DNA from: Balanoglossus misakiensis
Lineage: Eukaryota; Animalia; Hemichordata
DNA: 64,000 nucleotides
Reading direction: 5' to 3'
NCBI GenBank assembly: GCA_040954595.2
Contig: CM082595.2
Location: 767,690-831,689 of the forward strand
Below the pieces are notes generated by a model. The model made no database searches. It saw only the letters and a list, made by a program, of their open reading frames with translations, and was not told the DNA's origin. Below, piece by piece: positions 13,501-24,904 of the stretch. Both the position numbers and the translations under genes were made by a program. Every line of letters starts with the position of its first letter. Positions within the stretch are counted from its first letter, which is position 1.

Positions 13501-16500
13501 AAATTTTGAAAATTAAAAAAGTCGGAAAATTGTGATTTTTCGATGAAAATCATGGGCTATAACCCATGATTTTTGTGAAAAATGGCCAAATTTTGAAAAT
13601 TAAAAAAGTCGGAAAATTGTGATTTTTCGATGAAAATCATGGGCTATAACCCATGATTTTTGTGAAAAATGGCCAAATTTTGAAAATTAAAAAAGTCGGA
13701 AAATTGTGATTTTTCGATGAAAATCATGGGCTATAACCCATGATTTTTGTGAAAAATGGCCAAATTTTGAAAATTAAAAAAGTCGGAAAATTGTGATTTT
13801 TCGATGAAAATCATGGGCTATAACCCATGATTTTTGTGAAAAATGGCCAAATTTTGAAAATTAAAAAAGTCGGAAAATTGTGATTTTTCGATGAAAATCA
13901 TGGGCTATAAGCCATGATTTTTGTGAAAAATGGCCAAATTTTGAAAATTAAAAAAGTCGGAAAATTGTGATTTTTCGATGAAAATCATGGGCTATAACCC
14001 ATGATTTTTGTGAAAAATGGCCAAATTTTGAAAATTAAAAAAGTCGGAAAATTGTGATTTTTCGATGAAAATCATGGGCTATAACCCATGATTTTTGTGA
14101 AAAATGGCCAAATTTTGAAAATTAAAAAAGTCGGAATTGTTATTTTTCGATGAAAATCATGGGCTATAACCCATGATTTTTGTGAAAAATGGCCAAATTT
14201 TGAAAATTAAAAAAGTCGGAAAATTGTGATTTTTCGATGAAAATCATGGGCTATAACCCATGTTTTTTGTGAAAAATGGCCAAATTTTGAAAATTAAAAA
14301 AGTCGGAAAATTGTGATTTTTTGATGAAAATCATGGGCTATAACCCATGATTTTTGTGAAAAATGGCCAAATTTTGAAAATTAAAAAAGTCGGAAAATTG
14401 TGATTTTTTGATGAAAATCATGGGCTATAACCCATGATTTTTGTGAAAAATGGCCAAATTTTGAAAATTAAAAAAGTCGGAAAATTGTGATTTTTTGATG
14501 AAAATCATGGGCTATAACCCATGATTTTTGTGAAAAATGGCCAAATTTTGAAAATTAAAAAAGTCGGAAAATTGTGATTTTTCGATGAAAATCATGGGCT
14601 ATAACCCATGATTTTTGTGAAAAATGGCCAAATTTTGAAAATTAAAAAAGTCGGAAAATTGTGATTTTTTGATGAAAATCATGGGCTATAACCCATGATT
14701 TTTGTGAAAAATGGCCAAATTTTGAAAATTAAAAAAGTCGGAAAATTGTGATTTTTTGATGAAAATCATGGGCTATAACCCATGATTTTTGTGAAAAATG
14801 GCCAAATTTTGAAAATTAAAAAAGTCGGAAAATTGTGATTTTTTGATGAAAATCATGGGCTATAACCCATGATTTTTGTGAAAAATGGCCAAATTTTGAA
14901 AATTAAAAAAGTCGGACAATTGTGATTTTTTGATGAAAATCATGGGCTATAACCCATGATTTTTGTGAAAAATGGCCAAATTTTGAAAATTAAAAAAGTC
15001 GGAAAATTGTGATTTTTCGATGAAAATCATGGGCTATAACCCATGATTTTTGTGAAAAATGGCCAAATTTTGAAAATTAAAAAAGTCGGAAAATTGTGAT
15101 TTTTTGATGAAAATCATGGGCTATAACCCATGATTTTTGTGAAAAATGGCCAAATTTTGAAAATTAAAAAAGTCGGAAAATTGTGATTTTTCGATGAAAA
15201 TCATGGGCTATAACCCATGATTTTTGTGAAAAATGGCCAAATTTTGAAAATTAAAAAAGTCGGAAAATTGTGATTTTTCGATGAAAATCATGGGCTATAA
15301 CCCATGATTTTTGTGAAAAATGGCCAAATTTTGAAAATTAAAAAAGTCGGAAAATTGTGATTTTTCGATGAAAATCATGGGCTATAACCCATGATTTTTG
15401 TGAAAAATGGCCAAATTTTGAAAATTAAAAAAGTCGGAAAATTGTGATTTTTCGATGAAAATCATGGGCTATAACCCATGATTTTTGTGAAAAATGGCCA
15501 AATTTTGAAAATTAAAAAAGTCGGAAAATTGTGATTTTTCGATGAAAATCATGGGCTATAATCCATGATTTTTGTGAAAAATGGCCAAATTTTGAAAATT
15601 AAAAAAGTCGGAAAATTGTGATTTTTCGATGAAAATCATGGGCTATAACCCATGATTTTTGTGAAAAATGGCCAAATTTTGAAAATTAAAAAAGTCGGAA
15701 AATTGTGATTTTTTGATGAAAATCATGGGCTATAACCCATGATTTTTGTGAAAAATGGCCAAATTTTGAAAATTAAAAAAGTCGGAAAATTTTGATTTTT
15801 CGATGAAAATCATGGGCTATAACCCATGATTTTTGTGAAAAATGGCCAAATTTTGAAAATTAAAAAAGTCGGAAAATTTTGATTTTTCGATGAAAATCAT
15901 GGGCTATAATCCATGATTTTTGTGAAAAATGGCCAAATTTTGAAAATTAAAAAAGTCGGAAAATTGTGATTTTTTGATGAAAATCATGGGCTATAACCCA
16001 TGATTTTTGTGAAAAATGGCCAAATTTTGAAAATTAAAAAAGTCGGAAAATTGTGATTTTTTGATGAAAATCATGGGCTATAACCCATGATTTTTGTGAA
16101 AAATGGCCAAATTTTGAAAATTAAAAAAGTCGGAAAATTGTGATTTTTTGATGAAAATCATGGGCTATAACCCATGATTTTTGTGAAAAATGGCCAAATT
16201 TTGAAAATTAAAAAAGTCGGAAAATTGTGATTTTTTGATGAAAATCATGGGCTATAACCCATGACTTTTGTGAAAAATGGCCAAATTTTGAAAATTAAAA
16301 AAGTCGGAAAATTGTGATTTTTTGATGAAAATCATGGGCTATAACCCATGACTTTTGTGAAAAATGGCCAAATTTTGAAAATTAAAAAAGTCGGAAAATT
16401 GTGATTTTTCGATGAAAATCATGGGCTATAACCCATGATTTTTGTGAAAAATGGCCAAATTTTGAAAATTAAAAAAGTCGGAAAATTGTGATTTTTCGAT

Positions 16501-19229
16501 GAAAATCATGGGCTATAACCCATGATTTTTGTGAAAAATGGCCAAATTTTGAAAATTAAAAAAGTCGGAAAATTGTGATTTTTCGATGAAAATCATGGGC
16601 TATAACCCATGATTTTTGTGAAAAATGGCCAAATTTTGAAAATTAAAAAAGTCGGAAAATTGTGATTTTTCGATGAAAATCATGGGCTATAACCCATGAT
16701 TTTTGTGAAAAATGGCCAAATTTTGAAAATTAAAAAAGTCGGAAAATTGTGATTTTTCGATGAAAATCATGGGCTATAACCCATGATTTTTGTGAAAAAT
16801 GGCCAAATTTTGAAAATTAAAAAAGTCGGAAAATTGTGATTTTTTGATGAAAATCATGGGCTATAACCCATGATTTTTGTGAAAAATGGCCAAATTTTGA
16901 AAATTAAAAAAGTCGGAAAATTGTGATTTTTTGATGAAAATCATGGGCTATAACCCATGATTTTTGTGAAAAATGGCCAAATTTTGAAAATTAAAAAAGT
17001 CGGAAAATTGTGATTTTTCGATGAAAATCATGGGCTATAACCCATGATTTTTGTGAAAAATGGCCAAATTTTGAAAATTAAAAAAGTCGGAAAATTGTGA
17101 TTTTTCGATGAAAATCATGGGCTATAACCCATGATTTTTGTGAAAAATGGCCAAATTTTGAAAATTAAAAAAGTCGGAAAATTGTGATTTTTCGATGAAA
17201 ATCATGGGCTATAACCCATGATTTTTGTGAAAAATGGCCAAATTTTGAAAATTAAAAAAGTCGGAAAATTGTGATTTTTCGATGAAAATCATGGGCTATA
17301 ACCCATGATTTTTGTGAAAAATGGCCAAATTTTGAAAATTAAAAAAGTCGGAAAATTGTGATTTTTTGATGAAAATCATGGGCTATAACCCATGATTTTT
17401 GTGAAAAATGGCCAAATTTTGAAAATTAAAAAAGTCGGAAAATTGTGATTTTTTGATGAAAATCATGGGCTATAACCCATGATTTTTGTGAAAAATGGCC
17501 AAATTTTGAAAATTAAAAAAGTCGGAAAATTGTGATTTTTTGATGAAAATCATGGGCTATAACCCATGATTTTTGTGAAAAATGGCCAAATTTTGAAAAT
17601 TAAAAAAGTCGGAAAATTGTGATTTTTTGATGAAAATCATGGGCTATAACCCATGATTTTTGTGAAAAAAGGCCAAATTTTGAAAATTAAAAAAGTCGGA
17701 AAATTGTGATTTTTTGATGAAAATCATGGGCTATAACCCATGATTTTTGTGAAAAATGGCCAAATTTTGAAAATTAAAAAAGTCGGAAAATTGTGATTTT
17801 TCGATGAAAATCATGGGCTATAACCCATGATTTTTGTGAAAAATGGCCAAATTTTGAAAATTAAAAAAGTCGGAAAATTGTGATTTTTCGATGAAAATCA
17901 TGGGCTATAACCCATGATTTTTGTGAAAAATGGCCAAATTTTGAAAATTAAAAAAGTCGGAAAATTGTGATTTTTTGATGATTTTCATGGGCTATAACCC
18001 ATGATTTTTGTGAAAAATGGCCAAATTTTGAAAATTAAAAAAGTCGGAAAATTGTGATTTTTCGATGAAAATCATGGGCTATAACCCATGATTTTTGTGA
18101 AAAATGGCCAAATTTTGAAAATTAAAAAAGTCGGAAAATTGTGATTTTTCGATGAAAATCATGGGCTATAACCCATGATTTTTGTGAAAAATGGCCAAAT
18201 TTTGAAAATTAAAAAAGTCGGAAAATTGTGATTTTTCGATGAAAATCATGGGCTATAACCCATGATTTTTATGAAAAATGGCCAAATTTTGAAAATTAAA
18301 AAAGTCGGAAAATTGTGATTTTTCGATGAAAATCATGGGCTATAACCCATGATTTTTGTGAAAAATGGCCAAATTTTGAAAATTAAAAAAGTCGGAAAAT
18401 TGTGATTTTTCGATGAAAATCATGGGCTATAACCCATGATTTTTGTGAAAAATGGCCAAATTTTGAAAATTAAAAAAGTCGGAAAATTGTGATTTTTCGA
18501 TGAAAATCATGGGCTATAACCCATGATTTTTGTGAAAAATGGCCAAATTTTGAAAATTAAAAAAGTCGGAAAATTGTGATTTTTCGATGAAAATCATGGG
18601 CTATAACCCATGATTTTTGTGAAAAATGGCCAAATTTTGAAAATTAAAAAAGTCGGAAAATTGTGATTTTTCGATGAAAATCATGGGCTATAACCCATGA
18701 TTTTTGTGAAAAATGGCCAAATTTTGAAAATTAAAAAAGTCGGAAAATTGTGATTTTTCGATGAAAATCATGGGCTATAACCCATGATTTTTGTGAAAAA
18801 TGGCCAAATTTTGAAAATTAAAAAAGTCGGAAAATTGTGATTTTTCGATGAAAATCATGGGCTATAACCCATGATTTTTGTGAAAAATGGCCAAATTTTG
18901 AAAATTAAAAAAGTCGGAAAATTGTGATTTTCCGATGAAAATCATGGGCTATAACCCATGATTTTTGTGAAAAATGGCCAAATTTTGAAAATTAAAAAAG
19001 TCGGAAAATTGTGATTTTTTGATGAAAATCATGGGCTATAACCCATGATTTTTGTGAAAAATGGCCAAATTTTGAAAATTAAAAAAGTCGGAAAATTGTG
19101 ATTTTTTGATGAAAATCATGGGCTATAACCCATGATTTTTGTGAAAAATGGCCAAATTTTGAAAATTAAAAAAGTCGGAAAATTGTGATTTTTTGATGAA
19201 AATCATGGGCTATAACCCATGATTTTTGT
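4534..19229 (-). repeat. Main satellite array, 87-bp type B (~169 copies), highly homogeneous
   Basis: Monomer gaaaaatggccaaattttgaaaattaaaaaagtcggaaaattgtgattttt(t/c)gatgaaaatcatgggctataacccatgatttttgt repeated with only sparse point variants. Confidence 0.99.
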
Positions 19230-20045
19230 AAAATCACCCAGAAATGACAATTTTTCGACTTTGCGGATTTTCGAAATTTGGTGATTTTTCGAGAAAAACC
19301 ATGGGTTATAGCTCATGAAAATCACCCAGAAATGACAATTTTTCGACTTTGCGGATTTTCGAAATTTGGTGATTTTTCGAGAAAAACCATGGGTTATAGC
19401 TCATGAAAATCACCCAGAAATGACAATTTTTCGACTTTGCGGATTTTCGAAATTTGGTGATTTTTCGAGAAACACCATGGGTTATAGCTCATGAAAATCA
19501 CCCAGAAATGACAATTTTTCGACTTTGCGGATTTTCGAAATTTGGTGATTTTTCGAGAAAAACCATGGGTTATAGCTCATGAAAATCACCCAGAAATGAC
19601 AATTTTTCGACTTTGCGGATTTTCGAAATTTGGTGATTTTTCGAGAAAAACCATGGGTTATAGCTCATGAAAATCACCCAGAAATGACAATTTTTCGACT
19701 TTGCGGATTTTCGAAATTTGGTGATTTTTCGAGAAAAAACATGGGTTATAGCTCATGAAAATCACCCAGAAATGACAATTTTTCGACTTTGCGGATTTTC
19801 GAAATTTGGTGATTTTTCGAGAAAAACCATGGGTTATAGCTCATGAAATTTTTCGACTTTGCGGATTTTCGAAATTTTGTGATTTTTTGAGAAAAACCAT
19901 GGGTTATAGCTCATGAAAATCACCCAGAAATGACAATTTTTCGACTTTGCGGATTTTCGAAATTTGGTGATTTTTCGAGAAAAACCATGGGTTATAGCTC
20001 ATGAAAAGCACCCAGAAATGACAATTTTTCGACTTTGCGAATTTT
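19230..20045 (+). repeat. Terminal type-A 88-bp satellite block (~9 copies, degenerating toward the edge)
   Basis: Type A monomer resumes at aaaatcacccaga; deletion near 19848 and substitutions toward 20040. Confidence 0.96.
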
Positions 20046-20135
20046 ATTCATGCATAACTTCGTTCAAAAAATGACAACCCATGTCTGACACATTAGTTGC
20101 AAGATGAAAGTCAGTTACATGTACAAGTAAATGCT

Positions 20136-21078
20136 TTATTGACGTGGAGGGTGATGTGGCGGTGGAAGATCACCCCCATCGTCGCCTCCGTTATAATCAG
20201 GGTGGTTGCTGTTATTCTCGTCGTTGGCGATGTAACAGTTACGGCTCGTGTCGCCCAGGCCACTGTCGCTGCGGACTTCACCCTTGAAACAACCCAAAAT
20301 ATACGGATAGTCTTCGGTCATGTGATATCTGTAGACGCCGTTGACGTACCGCCCATGACATCCGTCAAGGTCATCAGAGGTCAGCAAGTTGCCGTTTTCG
20401 TCGATGGGACCGTAGATGGCGTAACCATCAAGGGCCACGCCCACGATATCTGATGGTACGCCTACTTGGTACTGTTTGAGAAATCGAAAAGAATGTATTT
20501 ATTAAAGGTGTAGGCCCTATCTGTGTTCAAAGTGGATGTGCAGCTGACGAAATTTTGAAATTTCGCAAAGTCGAGAAGTCGTCATGTTTTGATGAATTTG
20601 TATCGACAGTACTTACTGGTACGACACATGATGTTGGCATCTTATGATAATGGTAGCGGTCATTTGGGTCTGGATGACCATCACACATATCGAACTGCTC
20701 GGCATCTGGCCCTTCCACGGCGTTCAAGCCACTACTGGCGAAGGGGCTAAAGAGAGGGACGCCGTTGACGGCGACGCCGATTGGCCCACCGGGAAGACAA
20801 CCACCCGTGGCCGCTTCGTTTGGAGCAATAGGGATGTTGAATTCGTAGCTCTGATCGCCGATTGTGTTTGGGTTGATGCCAGGGAAGGCTCCGGTGTCGT
20901 GATCGGGAACACCGTTGCAGTTGATAGTGTGTCGGCCGCTGTCGGTAGTCACGTGCACGTAACCAGTCAATCCGGTGTTCTTCTCCGGCGTACCTTTGCT
21001 ATAGAACATGGCAATCTCGTCGTCGGTGAGGGTGGATACATACCCGACAAGCAGCACGAAAACTGCTGCTCGCTTCAT
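20136..21078 (-). CDS. Secreted YHYH-domain protein (~265 aa; coding exons 21078-20617 and 20471-20136)
   Basis: Signal-peptide-like MKRAAVFVLLVGYVST; motifs GPIGVAVNGVP, DMCDGHP..RYHYH, GVALDGYAIYGP, DLDGCHG..YRYH..YPYILGCFKG typical of the YHYH family; GT-AG intron keeps frame; AATAAA overlaps the stop. Confidence 0.85.
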
Positions 21079-21128
21079 CTTGAACTGTGATGTTTCTGAA
21101 AGGAGCACGAGACAATTCAAACATGCGC

Positions 21129-21197
<69 letters not shown>
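21129..21197. repeat. Compound microsatellite (TC)n(AC)n
   Basis: Directly visible; lies in the probable 5' UTR intron of the YHYH gene. Confidence 0.97.
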
Positions 21198-21202
<5 letters not shown>

Positions 21203-21817
21203 CACACACAATACAAACACTTGGATACTCATCTCATTTCGCGCAATACGCATTATACTCACCGGCCGTCTTGGTGTCAAAACCTGAGTCAAGAAATGAA
21301 TTCGTTTGAAAGAGATGTATCGCTCTTTTATACGATTACGACCGGTAGTAATCATCTGTAACAGATGTGATTTTTCTTAGAGGGATTACCTCTGCGGTTG
21401 ATAATGATGGTAATGTTTCATAACTCAATCTTTAAGACAAAAATGTCCATGTATTATATGACTTGTTTTCTTTAAGGGTTTTCGATATTCAGTCAGTGAA
21501 AAGAGGTACTGGTAACTAGTAATTTCATTTAATAAGTAACATTCATGATTGTTGTTGATATGGAACGAAGCTAAAATAGCATAAGTTACGATTATTATTC
21601 TTGAGACATATTAGTTAGCAGAACAAAGTAAACATTCAGTTCAATCCACCAAACGGACAGGTGACACGTCACATGATGGTCAACGACCTTTTAAGGGTCC
21701 ATAAGTTTGGCGTAATTTGCAAGATCTAATGTTTGAACTCTTCTTACGTTTAAATATAATCTATGAAAAGACAGAATTAAAAATCTCATGAAGAAGTTTC
21801 TGTTAATTTGAACTTGT

Positions 21818-21831
21818 ATCATCATCATCAG

Positions 21832-21894
<63 letters not shown>
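21818..21894. repeat. (CAT)n microsatellite
   Basis: Directly visible; explains the poly-Met and poly-His ORFs. Confidence 0.97.
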
Positions 21895-22229
21895 GTGTTA
21901 CCTGTCACGTGTCATATATCACAAGGAGCAAAGAAAACTAACAAGACAACATTCATTTCATATACAATTATGTTTTATGCACGCACTTTGTGTATAAACG
22001 GTATATACATGTGAACGTGTATGGGAATTGAAAGTTGAATTCGAACGCTGCGAGTCATGTTTTGCTCAGGTTTGAAAAGAGCGTGGTTTTGGCATCCGAG
22101 AGTAATTAATTATTTTGACACCACTTATCGTCATTGGAAATTTTATCAATGTTCGTCTGGATTCTTTCCACCACCCTCTAAACTTAACCGTGAGGGTGGC
22201 ACTTGGTTCGTTTACCTCTAACCTGAATA

Positions 22230-23659
22230 TCACAAGTTGAAGAGTTTGATGTTGTTGTTACCACAGTCAGCAACGAGCAATTGCTGGTTGTGGCCAATTG
22301 TGATCGCCAGACCGTGCGGACCCATGAGTTCGCCACTGGCGGCCTCCAGAACGCCGATTGGCCGGAAATTCGAGTCGAATTTACGAATTTTGTAGGTGAA
22401 GGCGTCGCATACGTAGATGTTGTCCTGGTTGTCAGTGGCAACGCCCATCGGTCGCCAGACGTCATCTTCAACTTTGATGCAATGGAGGACTTTCCCTTGG
22501 TCGTCGAATACCTGCACGCTGTCATGACGGTAGTCGGAAACTAGGACCTGGTTTTTAGTGTTGACGGTGATGAACTGCGGAGTGACAAATTGTCCGAGCG
22601 CGTAACCTTTCTTCCCGAAAGACTTGAGATATTTCCCGTCATAGGTGTACATCCTCACGCATGCGCCTTCGCTGTCAACCACCAAGATTCGGTCGTCATT
22701 CGTCAAAGTAATTCCTGCTGGTTTATGCATCTCGTCACTTCCAAACATGCGCAGAAGATTTCCACCTTCCAAGCACATATACACTCGATTCAAGCCTTGA
22801 TCAGTTGTTAAAATCGATCTTTGTTTGCCCACAGCCACGTCGAAAGGGTCGCACGTATTTTTGAGCGCTTTAAACGTCACTTCACTCATAAACTCCCCGT
22901 CTTTCGACATCACCCCAATTTTGCGATTCCCGCTATCAACGACGACATAATCGTTGTTCGGCATCACTGCTATCCCACGGGGTCTTTTCAGTTGCCCATC
23001 ATGCACCGCGGCCGGACCATCTTCGATGTTCAGAACGATGTCGTCAAGAGCCTCCGTCATAAACGCCATACCTGTGCTCCCGATTTCTGACGAGGAAGAA
23101 CAAATCTATATCAATGTTTTAATCCAACCGACTAATATACCCCACACACAGGTTTAGATATTTACTCATTAACAGGAGCTGCACTTCTAAATGCAAGATC
23201 ATGGTGACGAGCCATGAAGGCTGGCATTTTGTGGTTGATTGACCAATTAACATGCAGCCTGTGAACTTTAACATAGTGACAGAAAACGACACATCACATA
23301 AGATGAAATTGGTGAGGTACATCATTGAATTCACGTAAAATGTCAAAGAATTTCAACAATTCCTCCAGGTAGAGACAGATATAATATGTGGACGACACAT
23401 CACAGCGGCACAATATTTGTGAACCCAGGTGGAAAGGGCGCCGAGGAACTTAGAACACACACACCCATTCAAACTGTCCAATAGACGTACGCATACGTCG
23501 TCCCTTGTGTGGCCATGTATAAACGTACTATGATCCAGTAGAAATTCGACTTACCATTCTCTCACACGCCATGCAGGACTTACCTCTATTCGGTCTTATC
23601 CTCTGGTCCAATATTAAATCGGTCACTGCGAAGTACACTGTATTCCGAGCAGCGTTCAT
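22230..23659 (-). CDS. NHL-repeat beta-propeller protein (TRIM2/3/71-type C-terminal domain, no RING/B-box seen); exons 23659-23584 and 23086-22230
   Basis: About six NHL blades (LKRPRGIAV..YVVVDSGN, PFDVAV, KPAGITL..ILVVDS, FVTPQFITV..VLVSDY, RPMGVAT..IYVCD, GPHGLAI..LLVADCGNN); phase-1 intron joins a 76-nt first exon in frame (first exon less certain). Confidence 0.85.
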
Positions 23660-24904
23660 GGACACTGAAATTTTCGCGGCATCGTTTGTTTTTTTAATCA
23701 GACACCTCGTTACCTATCAATAATTTGTTGACATGAGGTCACGGGGTCATATCATGATTAACTTATTAATGCCGACGATTGTTAATTTTATACCAGTTCT
23801 GCATGTTCTGTACAGACAGTGCGCTAGTATCTACATTATAGAGATGTTTGTACAGGTGCCTCAGAAGGCTTATAAGGGTCAAAAATAGGGGGAAATGACA
23901 CAGTCATCAGGAAGAGAATTTTGTCCCGATTATTAGTTGATGTGTCGATGGAAGAAACACACTAACGATTTAGGTTAAGTATCAACTTGTAGGTATATTG
24001 GCACGGTCCCAATTCGGTCTGCGAGTTTTAACCTTCGGTCTGCAATGAAGGAATGCTTGGAAATCACGTGACATGCAAATATCGTGTGGACGCCTAGTGA
24101 CATGGTTATGAACCCAATTGCCCCTTTTTGCCTTAATATTTGTTATATTCAACTGCAAAATCTCCCCCTGGCACTATCTTGTCAGTCGTGAATCTCCCTC
24201 GCGGCTTAGCCTTACACGCACATATTCCCATCACAAATGGAACTTGCAAACTAATTAAACAGCATTCACAACATTTGAATGTTTATACGAATTGTCAACG
24301 CTAAAAATTCAAGATTATTGACGGCAAGCCTGATCGACTCACGTGATCTGGACGTAGTCCGCGGACGCTGCAAAACAAAGGTTTCAATGCTCTATTTTTA
24401 AAACACGAATGACCTCCACTCCCAGAATAACAAAAACATTCTTCAGACTATTATTCCAGATAGGAAAGTATCACAATAAACCGTGAGAGGGCCCGTGACA
24501 TGTATCGACCAAGGGAAGTCTCATACCTGTGGACATCTTGATAGTTTAGTTTCCATGGCAATGTCTAAGGTATATAGGGACACTTTGACGTCAAACCTGT
24601 TGCCTTGAATAAGAACTTGAAACATTAATCGTAATTATTTTGATCTTAGAAATCCAATAAATATATTTTGATTTCAAACTTAAATTAATCATCTCGTCAT
24701 CAAGCTCGCCTCCCGTTATTGCTGATTTAGACACGTGCCTTCAATAAACCCCCTGACCAAGGTTGTGGAAACAAACTAGGTCGTTGTTCACAATAACAAC
24801 AAACTATTTATATCTTGGTCTCCGTGTTGGCGAGTGTGTCGGACGTGTGTCGCTGTTGGGAGTGCGAACTTTTTCAAGCCACGGCGTTCTGGTTGTGATC
24901 AATC

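Noticed and set aside
1-20045. CRISPR-like appearance (palindromic repeats at fixed period)
   Set aside because: No unique spacers between repeats, no cas genes, eukaryotic context; it is satellite DNA.
20054-20063. ataacttcgt resembling a loxP half-site at the array edge
   Set aside because: Only 10 of 13 bp and no second half-site; expected by chance.
21691-22014. Poly-Met and poly-His ORFs
   Set aside because: Translations of the (CAT)n microsatellite.
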